Shown: positions 19,437 through 30,169, numbered from the stretch's first letter. The stretch: DNA of 64,000 bases from an uncultured Alphaproteobacteria bacterium (GCA_964444755.1 CAYUIF010000007.1:54249-118248); one strand, 5' to 3'. Notes: generated from the letters alone by a model not told the origin. Program-made: numbers and translations.

Positions 19437-20387
19437 ATGGCTGACAAGAAGATTATTGCCGTAACCGGAGCAACCGGAGCCCAGGGTGGTGGTTTAGTGC
19501 GGGCGATTCTGGAAGACAAGAGCGGTGAGTTCACCGTGCGCGCGTTGACCCGTGATGTCCATTCCGAAAAAGCGAAAGCCTTGCAAGCGCTCGGCGCTGA
19601 AATGGTGGCCGCTAATGTGGACGATGTCGAGAGCCTGAAGCATGCCTTTTCGGGCGCCTACGGTGCGTTTTGCGTCACGTTTTTCTGGGAACATTTCTCG
19701 CCGGAAAAAGAACTGACCGAAGCCAGCAACATGGCGGAAGCCGCGAAAGCTGCCGGAGTGCAGCATGTGATTTGGTCCACTCTTGAAGACACCCGCAAGT
19801 GGGTACCGCTAAGTGATACTCGTATGCCCACCTTGCAGAACAAGTACAAGGTCCCACACTTCGACGGCAAGGGCGAAGCGAATCAAGCATTCATTCGCTT
19901 AGGCGTGCCCACGACGTTTTTGCATACGTCGTTCTACTGGGACAACTTCATTTATTTCGGAATGGGACCCAAGCCGGGACCGGACGGTACACTTACAATA
20001 ACAATGCCCATGGGCGATAAAAAATTGCCCGGCATCGCTGCCGAAGATATCGGCAAGTGTGCCTACGGCATTTTCAAGAACGGTGATAAATACATCGGGA
20101 AGAGTGTGGGCATCGCCGGCGGGCACTTGACGGGATCGCAGATGGCTTCCGCGTTTTCGAAGACCTTGGGCAAGGATGTGCGCTATAATGCCGTGCCGCC
20201 GGAAGTCTATCGCAGTTTCGGTTTCCCCGGCGCGGACGATTTGGGAAACATGTTCCAGTTCAAGCGTGATTTCGAACAGGAGTTCTGCGGCGCACGTGAT
20301 CTGAGCTTCTCACGTTCCTTGAACCCATCATTACAAACTTTCGAAAACTGGTTGTCGCACAACGCGGAACGCATTCCCCTCGAATAG
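19437..20387 (+). CDS. NmrA/HSCARG family NAD(P)-binding protein
   Basis: GATGAQGG, VRALTR, VPHFDGK, SFYWDNF. Confidence 0.93.
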   Translation: MADKKIIAVTGATGAQGGGLVRAILEDKSGEFTVRALTRDVHSEKAKALQALGAEMVAANVDDVESLKHAFSGAYGAFCVTFFWEHFSPEKELTEASNMAEAAKAAGVQHVIWSTLEDTRKWVPLSDTRMPTLQNKYKVPHFDGKGEANQAFIRLGVPTTFLHTSFYWDNFIYFGMGPKPGPDGTLTITMPMGDKKLPGIAAEDIGKCAYGIFKNGDKYIGKSVGIAGGHLTGSQMASAFSKTLGKDVRYNAVPPEVYRSFGFPGADDLGNMFQFKRDFEQEFCGARDLSFSRSLNPSLQTFENWLSHNAERIPLE

Positions 20388-20603
20388 CACGTTCGCCTAA
20401 CGGGCTTGCTGTTCTGACCGGAATATCTTTCGCCGCGCGAGGTGTCCTTGCCCCGCGCGCTTGTTTTTCTCCGTAGAGTAAAGCGTGTGTGCTAAATATG
20501 TTTGTCGGGTGAGTCCGCAGATTGACCAGCAGTATGCGGATTTCCACTGCTTCAGCATGGGACCAGGCGAAACCGTTATTTTTCATTCCTTGTCATATTC
20601 AGC

Positions 20604-20632
20604 TTGACTTTCTCCAAATATTTTTGTACATT
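20604..20632 (+). promoter_or_regulatory. Putative sigma70 promoter
   Basis: TTGACT (20604-20609), 17 bp, TACATT (20627-20632). Confidence 0.5.
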
Positions 20633-20950
20633 TGTTCAGCATGATTGGATTTCATCTATTCCGACCGCGTCGTCGGTTTTTTCGTCTAATGGCATTAATA
20701 TTATTGGGTAATCGAGTTCGTTTGGTCAAAAAATATTTCCCCGCTTTCACTGGAATTCATCGTTACTCATGCACTACATTATCGGCTCTATTGAAACATT
20801 CCGCCCGTATACCAATCCCATAACATAGCGCCTGTCACCCGTGCGGCCCGGCTGTTTCCCGCCGCCGTCATTCCCCGTTGTGACTCATTTCGCCAATCGC
20901 TATATTCCAGAGTTCAACTTCTCCTGCAACCCATCAATTCGGAGGCTCCG

Positions 20951-22915
20951 GTGATGCATTTTCGCTATGTGTTTGTCCTGATTTTAACCGCTGTGCTGTG
21001 CTCGCAGGCTGTGGCAACTCGTCCGAAGTATGATCGCCTCCAGCCCCCTCCGCCGAAAGCGGACTGGGTGACACCGTCCCCCTTAACTCCCGTGATCAAT
21101 CCCGATCGCATGGTCCCGCGCGCGAGCCTCGATGATCCCATCGGCCCGGTGGACACCGCCGGAACGACGTGGTACGACGAACAACAGTATACCACCCAAG
21201 GCAAACAAATCGCCGTGGATCCCTTCGGCTTCGTTCACCATGTGTGGACCAAGAGCCTCGGTTCCGATCAGGCCCAGCGGCATATTCAATACAATGTCTG
21301 GAGCAATGATGACGGCTCCTTCATTCTCCCCGATGCCAGCCGTCCCGTCGGCGTGACCGTAGATAACGCCATCCGCGCCGGCTACGTCAACGTCTGTGTG
21401 AACCGCGACGGCTTCGCCTTCCCCGCGTTTCATCAAACGGCGCAAGGCGCCACCGCGCCCCACTCCGTCGTCGGCATTGACGTTTCTCCCGGTCTCGGCG
21501 GATTTACCATCAACGAGATTCCCTTCCCCGAAGATCGCCGCATTATCTATCCCAAAATCGTCGCCGATATCACGGATCATCTGCACTGCACCGCCACCCA
21601 CGGGCTACCCAATAATTTCGGTTTCTACGCGCGCGGCACGGCCTATTATACGGACGGCTTCGGCGACAGCACCAATTGGGGACAGGGCTTTCTCCCCATG
21701 GATTCCACCTACTGGCTGACCCGCGATATCGCCGCTTCGTTCCACAGCAATCGCATCGCCACCGTATGGCTGTTCTACGACTATCGCGGTGACATCGGCA
21801 ACAACGTTTACCTGCGTACCTCCGACGACGGCGGCGTGACCTGGAACGATCCCATCAACATCACCAACTTCACGCCCATTGATACCAACTGCGTGAGCAG
21901 CGGCGGCGATGTCGTCACCTGCAACATGGATACGTTGCGCCCCGCCTACGATGTCACCGTGGCATTTGATCAGAACGATGTCATCCACGTTGTCTTCACG
22001 ACCCGCGGTGTATTCTATTGGGACGAAACCGGTGAAGTCGGCCCGTGGATTCACAACGATTGCGCCAGCATGCTTTGGCACTGGGACGAGCAGAATCAGG
22101 AATTCAACATCGTCGCCGATCATTACTACGGCACACTGAATTATAACTATGGTCTGGCCCAGGTCATTTGTCAGCGGCCCAATCTGGCGGTGGACACCAC
22201 CAATAACTTCCTCTATTGCTCCTATCAGCTCTACGACACCAATCAATACAGCGAAGCGGGCTACTTGCAGTCCGATGCATGGGTCACGGTCTCCATGGAC
22301 GGTGGCCGCACATGGGCCCTCAGCACCAACGTCACCAATACCAACGGCGGACAAAACGCCATCGCCGGCAGTTGCCGCTCCGAACGCGATATCAGCGTTG
22401 CGCAGTTCGTGACCAACGGTACGCTCCATATGCAGTATCAGTTGGATCTCGATGCCGGGACCGGCATCAATTCCACTTCCGAAGGGTCCATCACTCTCAA
22501 TCCCATCATGTACCAGCGCATCCCTGTGAACCAGATTCCCACGCGCCCGTACCTCAATCCCTATCGCGCGCTGCGCTACGACTCCACCGGCTATCCCTTC
22601 GACTTGGATACCACGTTGGCGGTCAACGACTATCCGCGCTTGGCTCCCGGCGAATTCGCGCTCTATCAGAACTATCCCAATCCCTTTAATCCGGGCACCA
22701 GCATTCAGTTCGATCTGGCCGCCGACATGCGCGCCAACTTGCGGGTATTCGATGTGCTGGGTCGCGAAGTTGCTTTGCTCTACAACAACGCGCTGCTGAC
22801 CGCTGGAACTCACATCGTCGAATTCGATGCTTCGCATTTGGCGTCGGGTGTCTACTTCTGCCGTCTGGAGACCGCCAACCGCACCCAAACCCGCAAGATG
22901 ATTCTCATGCGCTAA
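20951..22915 (+). CDS. Secreted protein (BNR/Asp-box propeller-like) with T9SS type A C-terminal domain
   Basis: Signal peptide, Pro-rich pro-region, Asp-boxes SDDGGVTW and SMDGGRTW, tail QNYPNPFNP...GVYFCRL...RKMILMR. Confidence 0.82.
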   Translation: MMHFRYVFVLILTAVLCSQAVATRPKYDRLQPPPPKADWVTPSPLTPVINPDRMVPRASLDDPIGPVDTAGTTWYDEQQYTTQGKQIAVDPFGFVHHVWTKSLGSDQAQRHIQYNVWSNDDGSFILPDASRPVGVTVDNAIRAGYVNVCVNRDGFAFPAFHQTAQGATAPHSVVGIDVSPGLGGFTINEIPFPEDRRIIYPKIVADITDHLHCTATHGLPNNFGFYARGTAYYTDGFGDSTNWGQGFLPMDSTYWLTRDIAASFHSNRIATVWLFYDYRGDIGNNVYLRTSDDGGVTWNDPINITNFTPIDTNCVSSGGDVVTCNMDTLRPAYDVTVAFDQNDVIHVVFTTRGVFYWDETGEVGPWIHNDCASMLWHWDEQNQEFNIVADHYYGTLNYNYGLAQVICQRPNLAVDTTNNFLYCSYQLYDTNQYSEAGYLQSDAWVTVSMDGGRTWALSTNVTNTNGGQNAIAGSCRSERDISVAQFVTNGTLHMQYQLDLDAGTGINSTSEGSITLNPIMYQRIPVNQIPTRPYLNPYRALRYDSTGYPFDLDTTLAVNDYPRLAPGEFALYQNYPNPFNPGTSIQFDLAADMRANLRVFDVLGREVALLYNNALLTAGTHIVEFDASHLASGVYFCRLETANRTQTRKMILMR

Positions 22916-22941
22916 GCGCCGTCAGATTTGCCGCAATGGAA

Positions 22942-22972
22942 AGGCGGTCAACCGAAATTCGGTTGACCGCCT
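22942..22972. terminator. Hairpin between convergent genes
   Basis: 14-bp stem AGGCGGTCAACCGA/TCGGTTGACCGCCT. Confidence 0.75.
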
Positions 22973-22998
22973 CCTGCATTCTCCTGTAGAATTGTTCG

Positions 22999-23616
22999 TT
23001 AGTTGTTGACTCTGCGACCGATGATATAGCGGCTGAAATGGTCGGTCCACGCTATATACTGCCGAGCATTCTCATCGACATAGCCCCAGTACGGTACCAG
23101 TTGGCCGTTGTCGTCGAGATAGAACATCTGAATTTGCCACCACTGCATTCCCGGAGGCAGCTGTACGTACCGCAAGTCAATCCAGATCTTCACGTGGCCG
23201 TTGAAGCGATAGGGATGCGGATAGAAATCCACGATCGCATAGCCCGGATTCGGCGTAGATACCGTCACCGTGCGATCCTCCCATAGCTGCCACGCCCCGA
23301 TCTGTACTCCGCTATTGTTATTCTCTACCGTACCGCCAATCGTACGGCGAATGAACCGCGACGTCTGATCGTCCAACACGGCGTGATAAGCCCGTTCATC
23401 CACTTTCAACACTTCGAAACCGGGAATCAGAGTCTCAATCTGTTCATCGGTCCAAACCGGGAGGGGAGACTCCGCCGGTTGTGTAGTAATCGTTTCGTGA
23501 TCCGGAGTGGACGAAGCCGTCGTTTGATTAAACTCGGTCGAACAACCGGTTATACCGAACATCATTATAACGCTGAAGACCAGTATCAGAACCATAGCGA
23601 AAGTTGTCTTCTTCAT
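22999..23616 (-). CDS. Lipoprotein with ZU5-like beta-sandwich ending in an HFS motif
   Basis: Lipobox ITGC at residues 22-25; IRRTIGGTV domain start; C-terminal WTDHFSRYIIG. Confidence 0.7.
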   Translation of the reverse strand: MKKTTFAMVLILVFSVIMMFGITGCSTEFNQTTASSTPDHETITTQPAESPLPVWTDEQIETLIPGFEVLKVDERAYHAVLDDQTSRFIRRTIGGTVENNNSGVQIGAWQLWEDRTVTVSTPNPGYAIVDFYPHPYRFNGHVKIWIDLRYVQLPPGMQWWQIQMFYLDDNGQLVPYWGYVDENARQYIAWTDHFSRYIIGRRVNN

Positions 23617-23969
23617 CGTTATTCTCCTTTAATTCATCTCTTGATCATCTCTCAGGCCATGTCTACGAACAGCAACACATATGCCAACTATAGTAAGACT
23701 GTTAGCGCAAGCTGTAATAGTTTATAATTACTGTTGTTAATTGAAGTCTTAAGGACAGGATTTCAAATCACCAGGTTACTTAAATCAAAGTGAGTTTGGT
23801 TGATTTGACGATGAGCACCAACCGGATGGTTGAAAAGACGCAACGTAGGGTTTCCTCGTCCGTCATCCAACCGGCCGCACACCTGAAACAAAGTTCCTTC
23901 TGCTCACTCACAGTTAATAGATAAACCGTTGGCATTTAATACTTGCATATCCTAAATCCAACCTCGCCG

Positions 23970-23998
23970 TTGACAATTCAGACTTCGTCTTCCATAAT
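23970..23998 (+). promoter_or_regulatory. sigma70 promoter of pepF
   Basis: TTGACA (23970-23975), 17 bp, CATAAT (23993-23998), 40 bp before the ATG. Confidence 0.75.
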
Positions 23999-24037
23999 TC
24001 CCCATTGCTCGTTTCGTTTTCGATTCAGGAGTTCACC

Positions 24038-25936
24038 ATGCGCACTTTCCCACTAAGCTTTTCATCACTGCTGCGTTTCATTAGTTTACTCTCCATCGCA
24101 GCTTCTTTCACAATTACCGCACCGGCCCAAGACTTGAAGGAACGGGATCAGATTGCTGATAAGTACAAATGGAACTTGTCGGACATCTACAAATCCGATC
24201 AGGCTTGGGAAAATGATGTCGCTGCTATCGAGAAAATGATTCCGTCGGTGAAAGCCTTCGAAGGCAGAATCAGTAAATCGGCGGATGACCTGTTGGCATT
24301 CTACAAACTCAGCGAACAAATCAACAAGAAAATCGAGAATGCTTTAGTCTATGCCGGAATGTCGTTCGATCAGGATACCCGCAATCAAAAATACACAGGC
24401 TATCGGGATCGGATATCCACCATTTCTTCGCAGTATTCCGAAGCCACGTCGTGGTTTACACCCGAACTGGTTTCAATTCCCGACGCCACCTTTGAAGCAT
24501 GGTTTAAAGCCAATTCGGAGTTGGCCGTCTATAAGCATTCGATCGACGACGCCCTCCGCACCCGCGCCCATACCTTGAGTCCGGCCGAAGAGCGGATTAT
24601 TGCTTTGTCAGGAAAGGTTTCGGGAGCGCCCTCCCGCGCTAATGCGGCACTCCGCAATACCGATATTATCTTCCCGACCGTCCAAGACGAGAACGGGAAC
24701 GAGGTGCAGCTATCGGAAGGCCGGATGCGAATGCTGCTGGAGAGTCCGGACCCGCGCGTCCGCCGCGATGCCTCCTTCGGAATGCTGAATACCTATAAGC
24801 AGTTCGAAAACACCGCCGCCGCTTTGATGACCGGTAACATTGACGGCGATATCTACTATGCCCGCGCCCGCAACTACAATTCCTGCCTGCATTCGTCGCT
24901 GGATAACGATAACATTGACACGACGGTCTTTCTGAATCTGGTGGCCACGGTAAAGAAGCATGCCGACGTGATCCAACGTTATGCGGATTTGCGCCGCCGT
25001 GCGCTGGGGCTCGATTCGATTCACTTCTACGATATGTCGGCACCACTCGTTGAAGAAAGCCGCGAAGAGATATCCTACGATGATGCGGTAAAGACCATTC
25101 AAACTGCGATGGCACCGTTGGGAACGGACTACAACGAAGCCATGATGGCCGGTTTCAACGGCGGTTGGGTGGATGTATATGAGACCAAAGCCAAGCGCAG
25201 CGGCGCTTATTCGTGGAGCAGCTACGAAAGCCATCCCTATATGCTGCTTAATTACAATAACACGATGGATGATATGTTTACAACGGCTCACGAAATGGGT
25301 CATTGTATGCATACGTGGCACAGCAAGAAAAACCAGCCGTACGTCTATTCAGGTTATACGTTATTCAATGCCGAAATTGCCTCCACGCTTAACGAAGCGC
25401 TGCTCATGGATTATCTGCTCAAAAATGAGAAAGATCCCGACAAGCGGCTGAAACTGATCAATCAATACATTGATAACATTCGCGGCACGGTGATCACGCA
25501 GGTGATGTTTGCCGATTTTGAGTTGAAAATGCATCGCGCCGGCGAAGCCGGCGAACCGCTGACCGCCGAGAGTCTTTCGGATATGTACATGGAGACGATG
25601 TTGTCCTATTACGGCAATAGCGTGGTTGCCGATCGCGAATATGCATCCACCTGGATTCGCATTCCGCACTTCTACCGCAACTTCTATGTCTATAAGTATG
25701 CGACGTCCTTCTGCGCCTCGGAAGCAATCGCCCAGAAGATATTGAAGGGTGAAAAGGGCGCGCGGGAAGCAATGATTCGTTACCTATCCAGCGGCTCTTC
25801 GAAATATCCGTTGGAGTTGGTCAAAGATGCCGGAGTGGATCTGTCATCTCCCGCTCCCATCGAAGCCACCATGCAAAAGCTGGCGAGTCTGGTGGACGAG
25901 ATGGAGAAGCTGCTCAAACAAACCAAGCGCATCTAA
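24038..25936 (+). CDS. pepF: Oligoendopeptidase F (M3B) with N-terminal signal peptide
   Basis: KYKWNLSDIY, KRSGAYS, HPYMLLNY, AHEMGHCMH, AEIASTLNE, IPHFYRNFYVYKYATS; start after AGGAG at 24038. Confidence 0.95.
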   Translation: MRTFPLSFSSLLRFISLLSIAASFTITAPAQDLKERDQIADKYKWNLSDIYKSDQAWENDVAAIEKMIPSVKAFEGRISKSADDLLAFYKLSEQINKKIENALVYAGMSFDQDTRNQKYTGYRDRISTISSQYSEATSWFTPELVSIPDATFEAWFKANSELAVYKHSIDDALRTRAHTLSPAEERIIALSGKVSGAPSRANAALRNTDIIFPTVQDENGNEVQLSEGRMRMLLESPDPRVRRDASFGMLNTYKQFENTAAALMTGNIDGDIYYARARNYNSCLHSSLDNDNIDTTVFLNLVATVKKHADVIQRYADLRRRALGLDSIHFYDMSAPLVEESREEISYDDAVKTIQTAMAPLGTDYNEAMMAGFNGGWVDVYETKAKRSGAYSWSSYESHPYMLLNYNNTMDDMFTTAHEMGHCMHTWHSKKNQPYVYSGYTLFNAEIASTLNEALLMDYLLKNEKDPDKRLKLINQYIDNIRGTVITQVMFADFELKMHRAGEAGEPLTAESLSDMYMETMLSYYGNSVVADREYASTWIRIPHFYRNFYVYKYATSFCASEAIAQKILKGEKGAREAMIRYLSSGSSKYPLELVKDAGVDLSSPAPIEATMQKLASLVDEMEKLLKQTKRI

Positions 25937-25955
25937 GCGTCCTGCCATACGAACG

Positions 25956-25987
25956 AAAGAGCCGGATCAACGATCCGGCTCTTTGCT
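25956..25987 (+). terminator. Intrinsic terminator of pepF
   Basis: 13-bp stem AAAGAGCCGGATC/GATCCGGCTCTTT. Confidence 0.8.
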
Positions 25988-26232
25988 TTAGGCAAATGAG
26001 GCAAACTTCACGCTAATCAAGTCCCAAACTGGATATACCTGCTAACGTTTTGATATATAAACATATATAAAAAGGACTGAAGAATGAAAACGGATGATTC
26101 GGGCATTTCATGTTTAGGTTCACGCAGTTTTTACTTGTTTTGTCGAAAAAGTGCCTTAGATTTATAGTTATTCCACTTCTGGTCTTCCCTGTTATGCTGT
26201 TCGGCCATTCTCATTCTGTTGGAGGATATGAA

Positions 26233-27678
26233 ATGAGATGTGTCATTCCCATCGCTTGTCTTCTGATTTTCTATTCATCCGCATTCGCTCAGACCTTTAC
26301 CGATTTCATCAATCGCGCCTATTCACTTCCAGCCGGCGAACGGCCCGCATTGGTGGACAGCTTTATGGACGCGGTGGAGTCGTTCCCGTTTATCGAGTTC
26401 GACACGGTGGCTCACTATATCTATCGCGGCAACGCGACGCGAGTCAACGTACCCGGCGACGCGAACAACTGGAATGCGAACGAATATCCGATGACGAGTC
26501 TTTCCGGGACGAATTTTTGGTATTATACCCACCTATTTGAGGCGGATGCCCGGCTGGATTACAAATATGTCATCAGCAACAGTACTTGGATCCTCGATCC
26601 GCTTAATCCGTACACCTGCACGGGCGGCTTTGGTCCCAATTCGGAGTTGCGGATGCCGGCTTATGTGATGCCGCCGGAAATCGAATATCGCCCCGCTATT
26701 CCGCACGGATCGCTGCAGGATACCATGTTTGCCAGCACGTACTTGGGCAACACCCGCCGGATTCGCGTTTATACTCCGCCGGATTACGATGCGCTGCCGG
26801 GGATCCGCTATCCGATGATTCTGTTTCATGACGGACTGGAATATGTTACACTGGCCAATGCGAATAATGTGCTGGATTACCTGATCTGGCAGCAACGCAT
26901 CGAGCCGGTCATTGCCGTATTCGTTCCCCCAGTGAACCGCACATCCGAGTATGCCGGTGAACAGCAGAATGCGTTCACGAACTTTATCGTACACGAGGTC
27001 ATTCCGTGGGTGGATGGTCGTTTTCTAACACAGCCCGATGCGGCACACCGCGCGATGCTCGGCGCATCGTACGGCGGAAATATTTCGCTATGGCACGGGC
27101 TGCAGCATCCGGAAGTGTTCGGCAAGATTGCCGCGCAGTCGGCCTATGTGCAGCCGTCAATTCAAACAGGCTTCGCGAGTGGACCGGTGCTCGATCTGAT
27201 GTTCTATTTGGACATGGGAACTTACGATATTCCTTCCCTGCCGCCGTTGGTGGATCAGTTGGCGGCAACGCTGGAAACGCGGGGCTATTCCTATCAATAT
27301 GAAATCTATCACGAGGGACATAGTTGGGGGAATTGGCGGGCGCATATTGATAACGCCCTGGAAAGGTTCTTCCCGTACACGGTATCCGCACCGCACAATC
27401 CGCCATCCTCCGTTCCCGGCGAATGGCATCTGAAGATATTTCCCAATCCATTCAATGCGACGACCCAATTAACGTTTGTACTTCCCGCTCCCGGACGAGT
27501 CACGGCTCAGTTATACGATATTTCCGGGCGGCTGGTGCGGACTTTGACCGCAGGCTATTACAGCGGCGGCAACCATGATCTGACGATTGATTCAACCGGA
27601 TTGACATCTGGATTGTATTTCGCCCGTTGCAATTACAACCAGAACGTTCGCACCCAAAAACTTCTGCTGATCAAGTAA
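26233..27678 (+). CDS. Secreted CE1/Fes-like esterase with CBM48-like domain and T9SS type A C-terminal domain
   Basis: GGAGG then MRCVIPIACLLIFYSSAFAQ; VPGDANNW...LDYKYV...LDPLNP (CBM48-like); GASYGG nucleophile; GHSWGNW; tail IFPNPFN...QKLLLIK. Confidence 0.85.
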   Translation: MRCVIPIACLLIFYSSAFAQTFTDFINRAYSLPAGERPALVDSFMDAVESFPFIEFDTVAHYIYRGNATRVNVPGDANNWNANEYPMTSLSGTNFWYYTHLFEADARLDYKYVISNSTWILDPLNPYTCTGGFGPNSELRMPAYVMPPEIEYRPAIPHGSLQDTMFASTYLGNTRRIRVYTPPDYDALPGIRYPMILFHDGLEYVTLANANNVLDYLIWQQRIEPVIAVFVPPVNRTSEYAGEQQNAFTNFIVHEVIPWVDGRFLTQPDAAHRAMLGASYGGNISLWHGLQHPEVFGKIAAQSAYVQPSIQTGFASGPVLDLMFYLDMGTYDIPSLPPLVDQLAATLETRGYSYQYEIYHEGHSWGNWRAHIDNALERFFPYTVSAPHNPPSSVPGEWHLKIFPNPFNATTQLTFVLPAPGRVTAQLYDISGRLVRTLTAGYYSGGNHDLTIDSTGLTSGLYFARCNYNQNVRTQKLLLIK

Positions 27679-27690
27679 ACGGAGAGCCTC

Positions 27691-30126
27691 ATGAGCCTGA
27701 CTCGACGGCATGGATGGGTAATTCTGAGTCTCACACTTTTTCACATATCTTCAGCTTGTGCCAATTACGAATTTCTGGGACGGGTGGACTCGATCCGACA
27801 ACAGGATCGCGCTTTTTCCTTCTATTGTGAAGGTCAGCAGCAATTGGATATCCGGTTCATTACGTCGCGGATAGTCCGGATTACTTTCAATCGTGCCGGG
27901 CTTGCGGAACCGTTATTGGATTACAGCCTAATTCCGTTGCCCGACTATGCGGTGCAAGCGAGTATCATCGAGTCCGACAGCATTTATCGCATCAACAGCA
28001 GCGAACTGGAAGTGCTGATCTCGAAATACCCTTGCCGGATTACCATTCGCAACCGGCAAGGCGAGGTCATTTGCGCGGATGATCCGGGAATGGGGATCGG
28101 TTGGGAAGATTCGGAAGTTCGCTGCTGGAAGAGCATCGCGAACGATGAGCGGTTCTTCGGTTTGGGAATGAAAGTCGGCGACGTGAACAAGCGCGGCCGC
28201 GAGTGGGTCATGTGGAACAGCGACGTTCCGGCTTACGGATGGCAGAGCGATCCGCTCTATGAGAGCATTCCGTTCTTTGTCGGCCTACGCGACGATTTAG
28301 CCTATGGAATTTATTTCAACAACAGCTATCGCACCCGTTTCAATATGGGGGCGGGTAATCTGCGCTATTATTCGTTTGCGGCGGAAGACGGACCGCTGGA
28401 TTATTTCTTCTTTTACGGTCCCGAAATCGCGCGTGTTGTCGAGGATTATACCGCAATAACTGGACGAATGAACCTTCCGCCGCTTTGGGCGCTGGGATAT
28501 CAGCAGTGCCGATGGAGCTATTATCCCGAAAGCGAAGTTCGCGAACTCGCGCGCGCGTTTCGCGAAAAACAAATTCCGGCCGACGCGATCTATCTCGATA
28601 TTCACTATATGGACGACTACCGGGTGTTCACGTGGCATCCGGAACGATTTCCCAATCCGCAAAAACTGCTCAACGATTTAGCGAAGGATGGCTTTCACGT
28701 GGTGACGATTGTGGATCCGGGAGTTAAAGCGGATTCACAGTATGCCGTCGCCCGCGAAGGACTGGAACACGATTATTTCGTGACGTATCCGGACGGGCAG
28801 ACTTATATTGGTGAAGTGTGGCCGGGACCGTCGTTTTTCCCCGATTTCAGCAATCCCGAAGCCGGAAAGTGGTGGAGCGGGCATATTCAGGACTGGTTGA
28901 AAACGGGAGTGAGCGGAATTTGGAACGATATGAACGAACCGGCGGTGTGGGGATCAGCGTTTCCTTTAGAGACGATTTTTAATGACGACGGACGATACTC
29001 GTCGCACAAGAAAATGCATAATCTCTATGCCCTGCTGATGGCGAAAACAACCTATGAGGGGGCATTAGCGGCGTATCCGAACCGGCGGCCGTTCATTCTC
29101 ACCCGTGCGGGATTCGCGGGTATTCAGCGCTACAGCGCCGTGTGGACCGGTGATAACATCGCCAGTTGGGATCACTTGGCGCTGGGCATTCGCATAATGC
29201 TGGGAATGGGACTGTCGGGAGTGCCGTTCGTCGGTACGGACGTGGGCGGATTTATCGGTACACCGTCCGGCGAATTGTATGCGCGCTGGCTGCAAGTGGG
29301 CGCGCTGTCGCCGCTGTTCCGCACGCATTCGGAGTACAACACGAACTTACAAGAGCCGTGGTCTTACGGCCAGAATCCCGAAGATATCAACCGCCGCTAT
29401 ATCGAGTTGCGTTACCGCTTGCTGCCGTATTTCTATTCACTGTTCCATGAAGCCGCACAGACCGGCACGCCGATCCTGCAACCGCTATTCTGGAATGACC
29501 AGCACGACGCGCGATCCTACGACGGCTATTTCCAGCACCAGTTCTTCGTCGGTTCCAAACTGATGGCAGCGCCGGTGATCCAAGAGGGACAATCTCTCAA
29601 AAAGGTCTATTTGCCCGCCGGGAAATGGTTGGATTGGAATACCGAAACGATCTATTCCGGTCCGGCGGAAGTTATTGTTGACGCGCCGCTGGAGCGGCTG
29701 CCGCTGTTCCTGCGCGAGGGGGCGATCATTCCCAGTTGCGATGTAATCCAATATGTTGGCGAGAAACCAATGAGCCGGCTTTATATAGACATATTTCCTT
29801 CCGAATCACTGTCGGCATTCGATTTCTACGAGGATGACGGAGCAAGCCTGCGCTATCAGAACAGTGAATACCGCTTGACACAGTGGACTTGCCGCAACAA
29901 CCACGGCGAAATCGAATTCCGGCAACAACGAACGCACGACGGCTATCGTCCAACGGACCGCACGATTGAACTGCGAATCCACGGACAAATCGACGAACCT
30001 TCGTCGGTACTGCTGGATAACGTTCCGCTGCACAAAGATGCTGATTTTCATTACGATTCAGATACGAAAATTCTCACCGTGACCTTCGAAGATAACCGGA
30101 GTGACCGCAGTCTGACAATTCGCTGA
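27691..30126 (+). CDS. GH31 alpha-glucosidase family protein, exported
   Basis: WNDMNEP nucleophile, WTGDN acid/base, DVGGF, FRTH, LRYRLLPYFYS; N-terminal signal peptide. Confidence 0.95.
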   Translation: MSLTRRHGWVILSLTLFHISSACANYEFLGRVDSIRQQDRAFSFYCEGQQQLDIRFITSRIVRITFNRAGLAEPLLDYSLIPLPDYAVQASIIESDSIYRINSSELEVLISKYPCRITIRNRQGEVICADDPGMGIGWEDSEVRCWKSIANDERFFGLGMKVGDVNKRGREWVMWNSDVPAYGWQSDPLYESIPFFVGLRDDLAYGIYFNNSYRTRFNMGAGNLRYYSFAAEDGPLDYFFFYGPEIARVVEDYTAITGRMNLPPLWALGYQQCRWSYYPESEVRELARAFREKQIPADAIYLDIHYMDDYRVFTWHPERFPNPQKLLNDLAKDGFHVVTIVDPGVKADSQYAVAREGLEHDYFVTYPDGQTYIGEVWPGPSFFPDFSNPEAGKWWSGHIQDWLKTGVSGIWNDMNEPAVWGSAFPLETIFNDDGRYSSHKKMHNLYALLMAKTTYEGALAAYPNRRPFILTRAGFAGIQRYSAVWTGDNIASWDHLALGIRIMLGMGLSGVPFVGTDVGGFIGTPSGELYARWLQVGALSPLFRTHSEYNTNLQEPWSYGQNPEDINRRYIELRYRLLPYFYSLFHEAAQTGTPILQPLFWNDQHDARSYDGYFQHQFFVGSKLMAAPVIQEGQSLKKVYLPAGKWLDWNTETIYSGPAEVIVDAPLERLPLFLREGAIIPSCDVIQYVGEKPMSRLYIDIFPSESLSAFDFYEDDGASLRYQNSEYRLTQWTCRNNHGEIEFRQQRTHDGYRPTDRTIELRIHGQIDEPSSVLLDNVPLHKDADFHYDSDTKILTVTFEDNRSDRSLTIR

Positions 30127-30169
30127 TTCTGCCGACTCGGCGCTTAGGTGAAGTTGAGGAGATATTCTC

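Noticed and set aside
26030-26085. Possible LacI-type or AT palindromic operator before the sugar locus
   Set aside because: Imperfect symmetry and no regulator nearby
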